Positions 40,281-51,255 are shown, numbered from the stretch's first letter. The stretch: 60,612 nucleotides of DNA from Thermomicrobiales bacterium (GCA_020853615.1 JADYYO010000074.1:1-60612); one strand, 5' to 3'. Program-made: numbers and translations. The notes: generated from the sequence alone by a model not told the origin.

Positions 40281-41696
40281 ATGAGCATGACTGAGACATC
40301 ACGCATCGTGACGATGGACAAGATCGCGGCGCTGAGCAAGCGGCGGGGGTTCGTCTTCCCCGGCTCGGATATCTACGGCGGGCTTGCCAATACCTGGGAC
40401 TACGGTCCGCTCGGCGTCGAGTTGAAGCGGAATGTCAAGGACCTTTGGTGGCGCATGTTCGTCCACCAGCGGCGGGACATTGTCGGCATCGACGCTGGCA
40501 TCCTCATGCACCCGCGTGTGTGGGAGGCGTCGGGGCATGTCGAGAGCTTCAACGACCCGCTCGTCGACTGCCGAACCTGCAAGGCCCGCTTTCGCGCCGA
40601 CCATCTGATCGAGGAGCGGTTGGGGCTGCATGTCGAGGGGAAGTCGCCGGCCGAGATGACGGCCATCCTGCGCGAAGCCGAGGTGAAGTGCCCGTCGTGC
40701 GGCAATGCGACGCTGACCGACGCGCGGCAGTTCAACATGATGTTCCGCACGACCATCGGCCCTGTCGAGGAGACCGGAACGACCGTCTACCTGCGGCCGG
40801 AGACGGCGCAGGCGATGTTCGTGCAGTACAAGAACATTCTCGCCACGGGCCGCGTGAAGGTGCCGTTCGGGATCGCGCAGATCGGCAAGGCGTTCCGCAA
40901 CGAGATCACGCCGGGCAACTTCATCTTCCGGCTGCTCGAGTTCGAGCAGATGGAGATCGAGTACTTCGTCAAGCCGGACGAGGCGGCCGAGGCGTTCGAG
41001 GCGTGGATCGCGAGCATGCAGGGGTGGCTGGCGCACATCGGCGTCCGGGGGGAGAACCTGCGCATCCGCGAGCACGATGCCGAGGAGCTGTCGCACTACT
41101 CGAGCCGGACGCTCGACTTCGAGTATCGCTACCCGGGCGCGATGGGCTGGCGCGAGCTCTATGGGCTCGCCAATCGCACCGACTACGATCTCACTCAGCA
41201 CGAGCGGGTCAGCGGTCAGGATCTCCACTATTTCGATCAGGCGGAGAATCGCAAGTACCTGCCGTATGTCATCGAGCCGACCTTCGGCGTCGACCGCACG
41301 ATCCTCACACTGCTGGTCGATGCCTACGACGAGGAAGCGACGGTCGACGTCAACGGCAAGCCCGATACCCGGGTGGTCTTGCGCCTCAACCCGCGCGTGA
41401 CGCCCTACAAGGCAGCCGTCTTGCCGCTGCTACGAAAGCCCGAGCTGGTGGAGCCAGCGCGTCGCATCTTCGACGACCTGAACGCAACGCTCGGCGTGCT
41501 GCTCGACTACGACGAGACTGGAAATATTGGCAAGCGCTACCGGCGCCAGGACGAGATCGGGACGCCCTTCTGCGTGACGATCGACTTCGAGTCGCTGGAG
41601 GACCAGTGTGTCACGGTTCGCCACCGCGACGACATGACGCAGGATCGCATCGCCATCGACGCGCTCGCGGGATGGCTCGCCGAGCGGATCGCCTGA
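40281..41696 (+). CDS. glyQS: Glycine--tRNA ligase (homodimeric class II type)
   Basis: ORF 40251..41696(+). Conserved [38 protein letters not shown], and anticodon-binding C-terminus. Start uncertain: ATG 40281, 40287 or 40314. Confidence 0.93.
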   Translation: MSMTETSRIVTMDKIAALSKRRGFVFPGSDIYGGLANTWDYGPLGVELKRNVKDLWWRMFVHQRRDIVGIDAGILMHPRVWEASGHVESFNDPLVDCRTCKARFRADHLIEERLGLHVEGKSPAEMTAILREAEVKCPSCGNATLTDARQFNMMFRTTIGPVEETGTTVYLRPETAQAMFVQYKNILATGRVKVPFGIAQIGKAFRNEITPGNFIFRLLEFEQMEIEYFVKPDEAAEAFEAWIASMQGWLAHIGVRGENLRIREHDAEELSHYSSRTLDFEYRYPGAMGWRELYGLANRTDYDLTQHERVSGQDLHYFDQAENRKYLPYVIEPTFGVDRTILTLLVDAYDEEATVDVNGKPDTRVVLRLNPRVTPYKAAVLPLLRKPELVEPARRIFDDLNATLGVLLDYDETGNIGKRYRRQDEIGTPFCVTIDFESLEDQCVTVRHRDDMTQDRIAIDALAGWLAERIA

Positions 41697-41699
41697 TTC

Positions 41700-42680
41700 T
41701 CATCCGGTGATGTCGAACGTCGCTTGGGGATCGTCGGCCGAGGCGTGGCCACCGGCAATAACGACATAACGTAACGCGAAGCCGCCAACGAGGGCCGCCG
41801 CCGAGCCGACGATGGTGAGGGCGCGGCGCGCGCGTCCTCGCCGGCTTCGCGACATAGCTGCCGCGACGAGCGGCGCGAGAGTCCCCGCGCCGACGACGCC
41901 GTGGCGCACCACGGTCCCGTCCCGCCCCTCCAGGAGCGGCTTCGCGGTCGATCCGAGCGAGGCGATCCAGGCGAAAAGGAGTACGGCTTCGGCGACAGAT
42001 GCCATCGCTTCGAGGTCGTGCACCCGTTCCGCCCCCCGGGCGCCATCACCAATGATGGCTGCTGCCAGCGTGATGCTGGCCGAGCCGGAGGCCATGGCTG
42101 AGGCGAGAAAGAGGGGCGCGAGGAGGGCTGGCCGCTTGCTCCAGAGGGGGACCGCGGTCGCGGAGAGGATGACGCCGGTGTAGCCGGCGATGAAGAAGCC
42201 GCCTCCAGCGCTCAACGGGGCAAGCGCTCGCTGGGCGCGCGCCAGAGTATCGTCGCCATCGCGCTCTCGGCCCGGCATGTCGGCGAGCGCCTGCAGCAGC
42301 GCGCTCGCCGTCGTGATCGCGCCGAAGACGGCGAGTCCCCAGGAGCCGATCGACATCGGCGAGGTCGGATTGACGACACGGAGCATGTTGAGGAAGCGCC
42401 CGGGCCGGCGCAGGTCGAGGATGAGCAACGGCGGGCAGGGGATGAGGGTCGCCAGGGAGAGGTAGGCCGCCACGCGGGCGATCGAGGCGTTCCGGCGGCC
42501 CCCCATCAGCCGGGCGATGCCGCCGATCGCCGCTGTCGCTCCGGCGATTCCGCCGAAGAAGAAGTAGGCGATGACCAGCCACTTCCAGTGGGGGCGATGA
42601 ATGACGGGGACGCCGTAGTAGCCGCGCGGAATCGTGTCACTGTCAGGCGCAGTCGTTTCGGAGTCGCTGACACGGCTCAC
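41700..42680 (-). CDS. NrfD/PsrC-family polytopic membrane quinone-interacting subunit
   Basis: 326 aa, about 8 TM helices. N-terminal NrfD-type YYGVPVIHRPHWKWLVIAYFFFGGIAG. 4-nt overlap with the upstream Fe-S subunit gene. Confidence 0.8.
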   Translation of the reverse strand: MSRVSDSETTAPDSDTIPRGYYGVPVIHRPHWKWLVIAYFFFGGIAGATAAIGGIARLMGGRRNASIARVAAYLSLATLIPCPPLLILDLRRPGRFLNMLRVVNPTSPMSIGSWGLAVFGAITTASALLQALADMPGRERDGDDTLARAQRALAPLSAGGGFFIAGYTGVILSATAVPLWSKRPALLAPLFLASAMASGSASITLAAAIIGDGARGAERVHDLEAMASVAEAVLLFAWIASLGSTAKPLLEGRDGTVVRHGVVGAGTLAPLVAAAMSRSRRGRARRALTIVGSAAALVGGFALRYVVIAGGHASADDPQATFDITG

Positions 42681-43471
42681 GATTCGCCCCGAAAGGTCAT
42701 CGCGGCGGCGATCAGGAAGCCGGCCGATGCGGCCAGCGCGGCGAGAGCGGCGGGGCGAATGTTCGCCCGAGGCAGACGCGGGCGCGCGGGGAGGTTGAAG
42801 GCGTCGGGCGGCGCGTTGAGGATGAACATCGCGTTCAGGCCCGCGATGCCGCCGGTTCCCCCCAACTCCTCGCCGCCGTAGAAGTGGATGTCACTCCTCC
42901 CTTCAGCGCGAAGCGCCGCCACGCGCTCGCGCCCGGCCTCCCGCAGCTCGTCGACCACCCCGAAGCGGATCGATTCGGTCGGGCACGCCTTGGCGCAGGC
43001 CGGCATCAGGCCGCCCAGCAGCCGGTCATAGCAGAGGGTGCATTTGTGCGAGCCGCCGTCGGCATGGTCGATTTGGGGCACGCCGAACGGGCAGGCCGGG
43101 ACGCAGTAGCCGCAGCCGTTGCAGATGTCGTCCTGAATGACGACAGTGTCGAACTCGGTGCGCACGATCGCGCCGGTGGGGCAGGCGTCGAGACAGCCAG
43201 CGTGGACGCAGTGCTTGCAGACATCGCTGAGCATGAGCCACGCAATGCCGCCCGGCTCGCGGCGCTCGATGAAGGCGACGTGCCGCCACGTCGTCGCGCC
43301 GAGATCGACGGTGTTGTCGTAGCTGAAGCCGGTCAGGGCGCATGGCCCGTCAGGCCCGTCGTCCGCCGGGAGCTGGTTCCATTGCTTGCAGGCGACCTCG
43401 CACGCCTTGCAGCCGATGCAGAGCGTGGCGTCGGTCAGGAACCCGTATGCGGTTGTCGCCTCCATCGCCAT
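42677..43471 (-). CDS. 4x[4Fe-4S] ferredoxin-type subunit of a DMSO-reductase-family complex (FdnH/PsrB/NrfC-like) with C-terminal TM anchor
   Basis: ORF 42677..43594(-). ATG 43471 has GAGGAG 6 nt upstream. Cys clusters CIGCKACEVAC, CKHCVHAGCLDACP, CNGCGYCVPACP, CTLC...CAKACP. Hydrophobic C-terminal helix. Confidence 0.85.
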   Translation of the reverse strand: MAMEATTAYGFLTDATLCIGCKACEVACKQWNQLPADDGPDGPCALTGFSYDNTVDLGATTWRHVAFIERREPGGIAWLMLSDVCKHCVHAGCLDACPTGAIVRTEFDTVVIQDDICNGCGYCVPACPFGVPQIDHADGGSHKCTLCYDRLLGGLMPACAKACPTESIRFGVVDELREAGRERVAALRAEGRSDIHFYGGEELGGTGGIAGLNAMFILNAPPDAFNLPARPRLPRANIRPAALAALAASAGFLIAAAMTFRGES

Positions 43472-43544
43472 GGCTCGCTCCTCTCCCCGATCTTCCCCGA
43501 TTTCAGAGGAGCGCACAACGGCGGTTTTCAGGCGAGCGGGCCAA

Positions 43545-44516
43545 CTACGGGAGACGAACTCGGAGCTTCTCGCCAGCATCCGGCCCGCCCGCATTGTAGG
43601 CCGGCGACTCCTCGGCGATGACCGCCAGGCCGTCGCGCTGCAGCCCGTCGACCAGCGAGCGAAGCCACGGGAGGTCGTCGTCGGAGTAGCCTTCCCGCAC
43701 CAGCCCGCCCAGCCGCGCCAGCTCGATGCCCTCCTCCTCGCCCGCCGGCAGGCCGCGCAGCGCTTCGACGATGCGCCCGCGATAGTAGCGGGTCGTCGTC
43801 TCGAAGGGCGCGGCTTGCTCCTTGCGCGGGGCCGCCTTTTTGTTGGCGAGGAACTGTTGCATCGACGCGGAGGCGAGGCACGATTCGCGCAGCGGGCAGA
43901 TGACGCAGGCGGGGCGGCGCGCGGTGCATTGCAGCGCGCCGAACTCGATCAGCGCCTGATTCCACTCCCAGCCGTGGCCGGGGGGAACCAGATCACTTGC
44001 CGCCGCCAAGACCCGCGTCTCGGGCGCCGCGTCATCGCCGAAGACGACGCGACCCGCGACGCGGCGCATGTTCGTATCGAGGAAGGCGACATCCTGCTCG
44101 AAGGCGAACGCGGCGACCGCCCCGGCAGTGTAGGCGCCGACGCCCGGCAGCGTCCGCAGCTCGTCGACCGTGCGCGGGAACTCGCCGCCAAACCGCTCGA
44201 CGATGGCGATGGCAGCGCGCTGCAGGTTCACCGCGCGCCGGTTGTAGCCGAGGCCGGACCAGAGGCGGATCACCTCGGCGGTCGGAGCCTCCGCCAGCGC
44301 CTGCACCGTCGGAAACTGCTCCAGGAAGCGCTCGTAGTAGGGGATGACGCGGTCGACCTGGGTCTGCTGGAGCATCACCTCGGAGACCAGGATGGCGTAG
44401 GGGTCGCGGGTCCGCCGCCAGGGAAGGTCGCGCGCGTGCTGCCGGAACCAGCCGAGGAGCTGGCTCCGGATCTCTGCGATCCTCTCCGGGGGAAGCGCGG
44501 CAGACGCGGACGACAT
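43545..44516 (-). CDS. mutY: A/G-specific adenine DNA glycosylase
   Basis: LPWRRTRDPYAILVSEVMLQQTQV, helix-hairpin-helix LPGVGAYTAGAV, Fe-S loop CTARRPACVICPLRESC, C-terminal NUDIX-like domain. Confidence 0.92.
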   Translation of the reverse strand: MSSASAALPPERIAEIRSQLLGWFRQHARDLPWRRTRDPYAILVSEVMLQQTQVDRVIPYYERFLEQFPTVQALAEAPTAEVIRLWSGLGYNRRAVNLQRAAIAIVERFGGEFPRTVDELRTLPGVGAYTAGAVAAFAFEQDVAFLDTNMRRVAGRVVFGDDAAPETRVLAAASDLVPPGHGWEWNQALIEFGALQCTARRPACVICPLRESCLASASMQQFLANKKAAPRKEQAAPFETTTRYYRGRIVEALRGLPAGEEEGIELARLGGLVREGYSDDDLPWLRSLVDGLQRDGLAVIAEESPAYNAGGPDAGEKLRVRLP

Positions 44517-44519
44517 GCG

Positions 44520-45155
44520 TTACGGCTTGCGCGGCCGCTTGATCTCGTGCACGAGCGGGCGATCGACGATGCGCACGACATCGTTCCAGAGCGCGACCGC
44601 GTCTTTCGGCGCGGGCGCGGGGCGGACCTGGATGTAGACCGCCTCCCCGTTCGGGAAGACGAGGGTCGGCGTGCCGAAGACGCCGTACTCGTTGCGTCCG
44701 TGCAGGTAGTCATCGCGAATGTGGGTCAGAAGCGAGCGATCGGCGAGATCGGCGCGGAACCGCTCCATATCGAGCCCGGCCTGCTCGGCCGCCTCCTCGA
44801 GCGTGGCGCGCTTGCCGTGATCCTTCCCCTCCTCGTGCTTCAGGGCGAGGAGCGCCGGCAGGAAGCGCGCGAAGGCCTCGTCACCCTGCTGCATGGCCGC
44901 GATGGCGGCGTGCATGCTGTTCCTGGCCTGCGACCGGTTCTCGGGCGGCAGATCCCAGACGGTCTCTTCGATATCCGCTGGGGCATTCACCTGCTCCAGC
45001 GGGAAGTAGCGCCAGTTGAAGGCGACCTTGTCGGGGCCGAGCTGGCGCTGGACCTCTTGCAGCCATTTCGCGCCGGCATGGACGAAGGGGCAGGCGAAAT
45101 CGAAATAGACATCGACGGTCAGCGGCTCGTTCGCCGCAGCTCCTGACTGACTCAC
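44520..45155 (-). CDS. DsbA-like thioredoxin-fold protein (single Cys, CPFV)
   Basis: ORF 44520..45179(-). GTG 45155 forms a GTGA overlap with the coaE stop and has AGGAG upstream. Motif VYFDFACPFVHAG. Confidence 0.75.
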   Translation of the reverse strand: MSQSGAAANEPLTVDVYFDFACPFVHAGAKWLQEVQRQLGPDKVAFNWRYFPLEQVNAPADIEETVWDLPPENRSQARNSMHAAIAAMQQGDEAFARFLPALLALKHEEGKDHGKRATLEEAAEQAGLDMERFRADLADRSLLTHIRDDYLHGRNEYGVFGTPTLVFPNGEAVYIQVRPAPAPKDAVALWNDVVRIVDRPLVHEIKRPRKP

Positions 45156-45769
45156 CCTGCTGTGCTCCTGGTCTCGCATCGAATCGAACTCGCTTCCAAA
45201 GCCGCGGCGACCGCCGCGCGTGTCGCCTCTCGATCGCCCGAATTGTCGATCGTCACCTCTGGCATGGTTCCTCGCGGCAGGACTGGCCGCGCCGAGGCGA
45301 GGCGCGCTGCCGCCTCCTCCGCGCCGATCCCGTTGCGCGCCATCAAGCGGCGGGCGCGCATCTCGGGGGCGGCATCGACCAGCCAGAGGGCATCGACATC
45401 GTCCACCAGCCCGGACTCGACGAGCTTGATCGCCTCGACCACGATAACCGGGGCGGTCGATGTCGCGATGCTATCGCGGATCGCCGCGACGACCGCCGGG
45501 TGCGTGAGGCGCTCGAGGTCGCGCAGGGCCCCGGGATCACGAAAGACGATGCCGCCGAGCGTGTGGCGGTCGAGGGCGCCATCCGGGAGGACGACATCCG
45601 CTCCGAACCGGTCGACGATGCGCGCGAGAAGCTTGGAGCCGGGCGTGACGAGCGACCGGTAGACCGCGTCCGCGTCGATGATCTCCGCCCCGCACTCGCG
45701 CAGCATCTCGGCGACGGTCGACTTCCCGGCGGCAATCGGTCCCGTTAACCCGATCACGAAAGGGCGCAT
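45152..45769 (-). CDS. coaE: Dephospho-CoA kinase
   Basis: ORF 45152..45811(-). P-loop GLTGPIAAGKST. Start is ATG 45769 (typical short N-terminus) or ATG 45811 (ATGA overlap with the ABC-F stop). Confidence 0.9.
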   Translation of the reverse strand: MRPFVIGLTGPIAAGKSTVAEMLRECGAEIIDADAVYRSLVTPGSKLLARIVDRFGADVVLPDGALDRHTLGGIVFRDPGALRDLERLTHPAVVAAIRDSIATSTAPVIVVEAIKLVESGLVDDVDALWLVDAAPEMRARRLMARNGIGAEEAAARLASARPVLPRGTMPEVTIDNSGDREATRAAVAAALEASSIRCETRSTAG

Positions 45770-45807
45770 GCCCGCCGAGTCGTGTTGCCGATCCGCATCC
45801 TCCCGCC

Positions 45808-47760
45808 TCATCCGGCTGTCGTCGCCGGAACGAGCGATTCGAGGTGGACGTTGACCTCTTCCCAGAGCGCGTAAGCCGCGTCCAGCTCCCGCTCCGCGGC
45901 GGCGTACTCCTCGCTGAGGCGCTCCAGCGCCTGGTGGTCGCCATCGACGCCGGCGATGGCGACGGCGTCGCTCAGCTCGTTCAGCCGCCCCTCGAGGCGC
46001 GAGATGTCGCGCTCGGCCCCGGCCAGCCGCCGCTGCAGCCGGGTTTCGCTGTCCGCCCCGGAGCGTCGGCCCCGCTCCGGAGGGGCCTCGCGCCGCTCGA
46101 CCGGCCGCGGCTCCGGCGTTGGCTCGGACAGCGTGGGAAGGGCACGGCGCGCCTTCTGCCTCAGGGCGTCGGTGTAGTTCCCCAGATAGGTCACGAGTTG
46201 GCCGTTCTCCACCTCCCAGACCCGAGTCGCGACGCGGTCGATGAAGAAGCGGTCGTGCGAGACGAAGACGACGGTCCCTTCGTAGCCGGAGAGCATCTCC
46301 TCGAGCGTCTCGCGCGACTGAATGTCGAGGTGGTTCGTCGGCTCGTCGAGGATCAGCAGGTTCGCTCCCTCCACGAGGAGGCAGGCGAGCGCCAGCCGCG
46401 ACCGCTCACCGCCGGAGAGGGCGCCGACCGGGCGCAGCACCTCGTCGCCGCTGAAGAGGAAGCGGGCGAGGTAGGTGCGCGCCGCCTCCTCGGTCATCGG
46501 CTGACGGTCGAGGAGGATCGAGAGCGGCGTCCCTTCGCTCGGCAGGCTTTCGTGCCCCTGCGCGTAATAGCCGATCTTGACGTTCGTGCCGAAGCTCGCC
46601 CGGCCCTTGATGGCGGGCAACTCGCCGACGATCGTGCGCAGCAGGGTCGATTTGCCGCTGCCGTTCGCGCCGATGATCGCCACGCGATCGCCGCGCTCGA
46701 CCTTCAGTTCCGGCGTGGTGACGAGCACGCGGTCGCTTCCCGCACCTGTGTAGCCGACGCGGAGGGGCGTGGTGGTAATGACCTCGCGGCCGCTGCGCAT
46801 GGTCGGGCTGGCGTGAAGCTTCAGCGCGGAGTGCTCCTGCGGGCGCTCGATGCGCTCCAACCGGTCGAGCCGCGTCTGGCGGCCGCGCGCCTCCCGCGCG
46901 CGCTGGCCCGCCTTGTAGCGCCGGATGAACTCCTCGGTGCGGGCGATCAGTGCCTGCTGCTCCTCGTACTCCTGCATCCGTCGCTCGAAGCGCTCCTCGC
47001 GCAGGAGAAGGTAGCGCCCGTAGGCGGCGGGATAGTCTTCGAGGCGGCCGAACGAGAGGTCGAGGGTCCGGTTGGTGACGCGGTCGAGAAAATAGCGGTC
47101 GTGCGAAACGACGAGGAACGCGCCGCGCCACGTGGCCAGGAACTCTTCGAGCCACTCCAGCATGGTGAGGTCGAGATGGTTCGTCGGCTCGTCGAGCAGC
47201 AGGAGATCGGGCTCCGAGAGGAGCGCCTTCGCCAGCGCCACGCGGGTCTTCTGGCCGCCGCTGAGCGTGCGCACCGGCTCGTCCATCTGGGTGAGGGAGA
47301 AGCCGAGCCCGGTCAGGACCTCGTCGGTGCGATGCTCGACGTCGTAGCCGCCGGCGACCTCGAAGTGGAGGCTGAGCCGCTCGTACTCCTGAAAGAGCTG
47401 GTCGAGCTGGTCGCCCTCGACGGTCTGCATCTCCAGCTCGAGTTGGCGCATGCGGGCGAGGGCGGAGAGGGCGTGCTCGAAGGCGAGCCGCGCTTCCTCC
47501 CGCACCGTGCGGTCCGATTCGAACCGGGCCTCCTGCGCCAGGACCGAAACGCGCGCTCCCGTGGCGATCGCAACCTCACCCGCTGAGGGGTCCTCGACGC
47601 CCGAGATGATGCGCAGCAACGTCGACTTGCCGGCGCCATTGACGCCGACGAGCGCGACGTGCTCGCGGTCTGCAATCTGAAAGGAGACATCACGGAATAG
47701 CTCGTCTGGCCCAAACGACTTGGCCAGATCGGTGACCGTGAGCATTGTCTGAGAAGCCAT
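45808..47760 (-). CDS. ABC-F family ATPase (Uup/YheS-like translation factor type), no TM domain
   Basis: Two cassettes (GVNGAGKST...LSGGQKTRV and GANGSGKST...LSGGERSRL), an inter-domain linker and a C-terminal coiled-coil tail. Confidence 0.9.
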   Translation of the reverse strand: MASQTMLTVTDLAKSFGPDELFRDVSFQIADREHVALVGVNGAGKSTLLRIISGVEDPSAGEVAIATGARVSVLAQEARFESDRTVREEARLAFEHALSALARMRQLELEMQTVEGDQLDQLFQEYERLSLHFEVAGGYDVEHRTDEVLTGLGFSLTQMDEPVRTLSGGQKTRVALAKALLSEPDLLLLDEPTNHLDLTMLEWLEEFLATWRGAFLVVSHDRYFLDRVTNRTLDLSFGRLEDYPAAYGRYLLLREERFERRMQEYEEQQALIARTEEFIRRYKAGQRAREARGRQTRLDRLERIERPQEHSALKLHASPTMRSGREVITTTPLRVGYTGAGSDRVLVTTPELKVERGDRVAIIGANGSGKSTLLRTIVGELPAIKGRASFGTNVKIGYYAQGHESLPSEGTPLSILLDRQPMTEEAARTYLARFLFSGDEVLRPVGALSGGERSRLALACLLVEGANLLILDEPTNHLDIQSRETLEEMLSGYEGTVVFVSHDRFFIDRVATRVWEVENGQLVTYLGNYTDALRQKARRALPTLSEPTPEPRPVERREAPPERGRRSGADSETRLQRRLAGAERDISRLEGRLNELSDAVAIAGVDGDHQALERLSEEYAAAERELDAAYALWEEVNVHLESLVPATTAG

Positions 47761-47965
47761 GATCGAGAGTGGGTGCTCTTTCCGGGCGCATGCAACGGCG
47801 ACAGGGCGCCGCTGTCGGGCGGGCCATCAGCCGGAAAGTATAGCCGCCGCAAGGCCGTTCAGCATTGCTCAGAATCGCCTTAGCACCGTAGACTGCGCCT
47901 CTCCCGAATGTCCGCGGGACGGCTGTCCGGATCGAACACGCGAGAGATTGGCGAGGCGAGCGTCG

Positions 47966-49327
47966 ATGTCGTGGCCTGTCACAACGAGACGAAATGCAGC
48001 CGGCGAACTGGTGATCGGCGACGTCTCCGTCGTTGCGCTCGCGCGGGAGTTCGGCACACCGCTCTACATTTTCGATGAGCTGACGCTGCGGGGCCGCGCG
48101 CGATCGATTCGCGAAATCTTCGCGACGGCGTACCCCGCGTCGCGGGTCGTCTACGCCGGGAAGGCATACCTCTCGCCCGCGCTCGTGCATATCCTGGCTG
48201 ACGAGGGGCTGGGGCTCGACGTCGTTTCGGGCGGCGAGATTCACGCCGGCCTCGTCGCGGGCGTCGATCCGGCCGAGATGATCTTCCACGGGAACAACAA
48301 GAGCCGCCGGGAGTTGGAGGAGGCTGTCTCCGCCGGGGTCGGTACGATCGCCCTCGACAACGATCTCGAGATCACGCTCCTCGATGAGGTCGCAACGCGG
48401 CTCGCGCGCAGCGTGCGAGTCGTCCTCCGTCTCAACCCGGGAGTCGATCCGCACACGCACAACAAGATGCGGACTGGCGCAACGGATTCGAAATTCGGCT
48501 TCCCCGTCTGGGACGGGCAGGCGGTCGCGGCCGCGGGACGAGTGCTTGCCAGCCGGCGCCTGCGGCTGGCCGGCTACCACGCGCACGTTGGCTCGCAGAT
48601 CTTCGATCCGAACCTGGTGCGAGAGACGATCGGCGCGATGCTGGCGTTTGCCGCCGAGGTGCGCGACCGCTTCGGCGTCGTTCCGGAGGTCATCATCCCC
48701 GGAGGCGGATTCGGGGTCGCCGACGATGCCTCCGGCGCCGATGTCTCGATCGCCGAATGGGCGAGCGCCGCGGCGGAGGCCACGGCGCGCGGGTGCGAGA
48801 CGTTCGGGCTGCCGCTGCCCGATCTGGTGGTCGAGCCGGGGCGGTCGATCATCGGGCCCGCCGGGGTGGCGCTGTACGAGGTCGGCGCGGAGAAGATCAT
48901 CCCGGGCGTGCGGACTTACGTTTCGGTCGATGGCGGCATGGCCGACAACATTCGGCCGGCGCTCTATGGCGCGCGGTACACGGTGGAGATCGCCAGCCGC
49001 GACACCGAAGGCGAGCCGCGCCGGGCGGTCAGTATTGCCGGAAAGTACTGCGAATCGGGGGATGTCCTGATCGAGGATGCGCTGCTGCCCCCGACGCGCC
49101 CGGGCGACCTGCTGGCGGTGCCGATGAGCGGCGCGTATTGCCTCGCGATGGCGAGCAACTACAATCTCTCTCTCCGGCCCGCGGTCGTCCTGGTCGCAAA
49201 CGGTGAAGCGTGGCAGATTCGCCGCCGCGAGACCTACGACGACCTGTTGCGAACGGAATTGCTGGAGTTCACGCCGGCCGCATCTGGCGTCGGCCGCCGC
49301 TTGTCATCTGGGAAAGGTTCGTTGTAG
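47966..49327 (+). CDS. lysA: Diaminopimelate decarboxylase
   Basis: ORF 47759..49327(+). ATG 47966 chosen. Motifs GTPLYIFDE, YAGKAY (PLP lysine), GGGFG, CESGDVL. Confidence 0.9.
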   Translation: MSWPVTTRRNAAGELVIGDVSVVALAREFGTPLYIFDELTLRGRARSIREIFATAYPASRVVYAGKAYLSPALVHILADEGLGLDVVSGGEIHAGLVAGVDPAEMIFHGNNKSRRELEEAVSAGVGTIALDNDLEITLLDEVATRLARSVRVVLRLNPGVDPHTHNKMRTGATDSKFGFPVWDGQAVAAAGRVLASRRLRLAGYHAHVGSQIFDPNLVRETIGAMLAFAAEVRDRFGVVPEVIIPGGGFGVADDASGADVSIAEWASAAAEATARGCETFGLPLPDLVVEPGRSIIGPAGVALYEVGAEKIIPGVRTYVSVDGGMADNIRPALYGARYTVEIASRDTEGEPRRAVSIAGKYCESGDVLIEDALLPPTRPGDLLAVPMSGAYCLAMASNYNLSLRPAVVLVANGEAWQIRRRETYDDLLRTELLEFTPAASGVGRRLSSGKGSL

Positions 49328-49539
49328 CGTTCAGCAGCCCCGGAATTTCGACTCCGATGCGCGAGAGGGAGCGCCCGGGCTCGTCGTCCCCGCGCCGATT
49401 CACGATCGCTGCCTCCCCGGACAACTCGACCAGGATCGATGGATGGATCGAAGCTCGTTGCGCCAATCAGGCGTGAGCCGTAGCCAAACGGGAAGCGAGG
49501 CATGCTGGGCGCGGCCCGGCCTGCCCAGTGTGACGTAAG

Positions 49540-51204
49540 GTGACACGTGCCAGGTCGCCAAACCGGACTGCAGCCGACGCTCAGGATCGCGCGGGGCTTC
49601 GCGTGACGGTATCGCAGGAAGAAGAGGCCGAGTCGAACCCCGACGAGCGAGGGCAATCGGTCGCTCAGGGCGCGGCGGGCGTGACGAATGGGGTGCATTC
49701 GGTCAAGTCCGGTCCGTCCGCCGATGAGGCGCTCGTTCCAGCGGGGCCGCTGACGCTCGACGAGTTGCTCGACGAGTTCCCCGATCCACCCGATGATCTG
49801 ATGGTTTCCGGGCTCGATGGCGCCCTCGCGCTGGAAGAGCTGGGCGTCGAACAGCCGGAGCAGAAATTCGCCCTCCTGACCGAAGACGAATCGCGGATAG
49901 GCGTCGCCGCCGAGCGCGGGCCAGCGCAGACCGACGACATCAGCAACGCGAGTCTCGACGATCCCGTGCGGATGTACTTGCGCGAGATCGGCCGGGTGGC
50001 GCTGCTCACGGGCGCGCGCGAGGTCGAGCTCGCGAAAGCGATGGAGCGGGGCGAATATCTGCGCCTCCTGAAGGCGCGATTGCGGCACGAGCTTGGCACG
50101 GCGCCTGAGGCGGATATCGTTGGTCTCGAGATCTTTCGCGCGTTTTGCGCCGGCTGGCCGCACGTCGTCGCACTCCTCGAAGAGGGAGAGGAGGTGATCG
50201 ATCCCCGGAGCGCCCGCTGCCTGAACCGGGTTCTGCCACTGACGCGATTTTCGGAATCGGCGATCCGGACTGCCGCGGAGCGGTGCGAGCTGACGCCTGA
50301 GGCGCTGGAAGAGTCGCTGCGCCAGCGAAACGTCGAATGGGAATTGCTGCCGGCGCGCATCCAGGAATTGCTCGCCTACGCCGATCCAGAGAGCTGGCCC
50401 GACGACGCGGCGATTCTTGAACTCCTGCGCAGCGATCAGGCGGGATTGAACCGGCTCTGGGACCGCCGCATGATGGAGGGCGATGCCGCCAAGGTGGCGC
50501 TCACCGAGGCCAACCTACGGCTCGTCGTCTCCGTCGCGAAGAAGTATGTCGGGCGCGGCATGTCGATGCTCGATCTGATCCAGGAGGGCAACCTCGGGCT
50601 CATCCGTGCGGTCGAAAAGTTCCAGCACCACAAGGGCTACAAGTTCAGCACCTACGCGACCTGGTGGATCCGGCAGGCAATCACGCGCGCGATCGCCGAC
50701 CAGGCGCGCACAATCCGGATCCCGGTGCATATGGTCGAGACGATCAACCGGCTCATTCGCACGTCGCGCCGGCTGCAGCAGGAGCTTGGCCGCGAGCCGA
50801 CCTCGGAGGAGATCGGTGCCGAGCTGCAGATGGATGCCGACCGGGTGCGGGAGATCATCAAGATCTCGCAGGAGCCGGTCTCGCTCGAAATGCCAATCGG
50901 CGAAGAAGAGGACAGCAGCCTCGGCGATTTCATCGAGGATAACAAGATCCTCGCGCCAGCCGACGCCGCCTCGCGCAAAATGCTCAAGGAGCAGATGGAC
51001 GACGTGCTCAGCACCCTCTCGGATCGGGAGCGGCAGGTGCTGGCCATGCGCTTCGGGCTCGAGGACGGCCGGACGCGGACTCTCGAGGAGGTCGGCAAGG
51101 CGTTCGGCGTAACGCGCGAGCGAATCCGCCAGATCGAAGCAAAAGCCCTGCGCAAGCTGCGCCATCCGAGCCGTTCGAAGAAGCTCAAAGACTATCTCGA
51201 CTAG
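49540..51204 (+). CDS. rpoD: Primary RNA polymerase sigma factor (sigma-70 family)
   Basis: Acidic region 1.1, [11 protein letters not shown] (1.2), [27 protein letters not shown] (2.3-2.4/3.0), [20 protein letters not shown] (4.2). N-terminal start (GTG 49540) uncertain. Confidence 0.93.
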   Translation: MTRARSPNRTAADAQDRAGLRVTVSQEEEAESNPDERGQSVAQGAAGVTNGVHSVKSGPSADEALVPAGPLTLDELLDEFPDPPDDLMVSGLDGALALEELGVEQPEQKFALLTEDESRIGVAAERGPAQTDDISNASLDDPVRMYLREIGRVALLTGAREVELAKAMERGEYLRLLKARLRHELGTAPEADIVGLEIFRAFCAGWPHVVALLEEGEEVIDPRSARCLNRVLPLTRFSESAIRTAAERCELTPEALEESLRQRNVEWELLPARIQELLAYADPESWPDDAAILELLRSDQAGLNRLWDRRMMEGDAAKVALTEANLRLVVSVAKKYVGRGMSMLDLIQEGNLGLIRAVEKFQHHKGYKFSTYATWWIRQAITRAIADQARTIRIPVHMVETINRLIRTSRRLQQELGREPTSEEIGAELQMDADRVREIIKISQEPVSLEMPIGEEEDSSLGDFIEDNKILAPADAASRKMLKEQMDDVLSTLSDRERQVLAMRFGLEDGRTRTLEEVGKAFGVTRERIRQIEAKALRKLRHPSRSKKLKDYLD

Positions 51205-51255
51205 CGCTGCGTGTTCCCCCGCCATCGCCGCGCATTCCAGCGCGATGCCCGCGGC

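Noticed and set aside
47761-47965. Lysine (L-box) riboswitch upstream of lysA.
   Set aside because: I could not recognise any of the conserved L-box helices or motifs in the 205-bp spacer. It would need an Rfam scan, and I expect a negative result.
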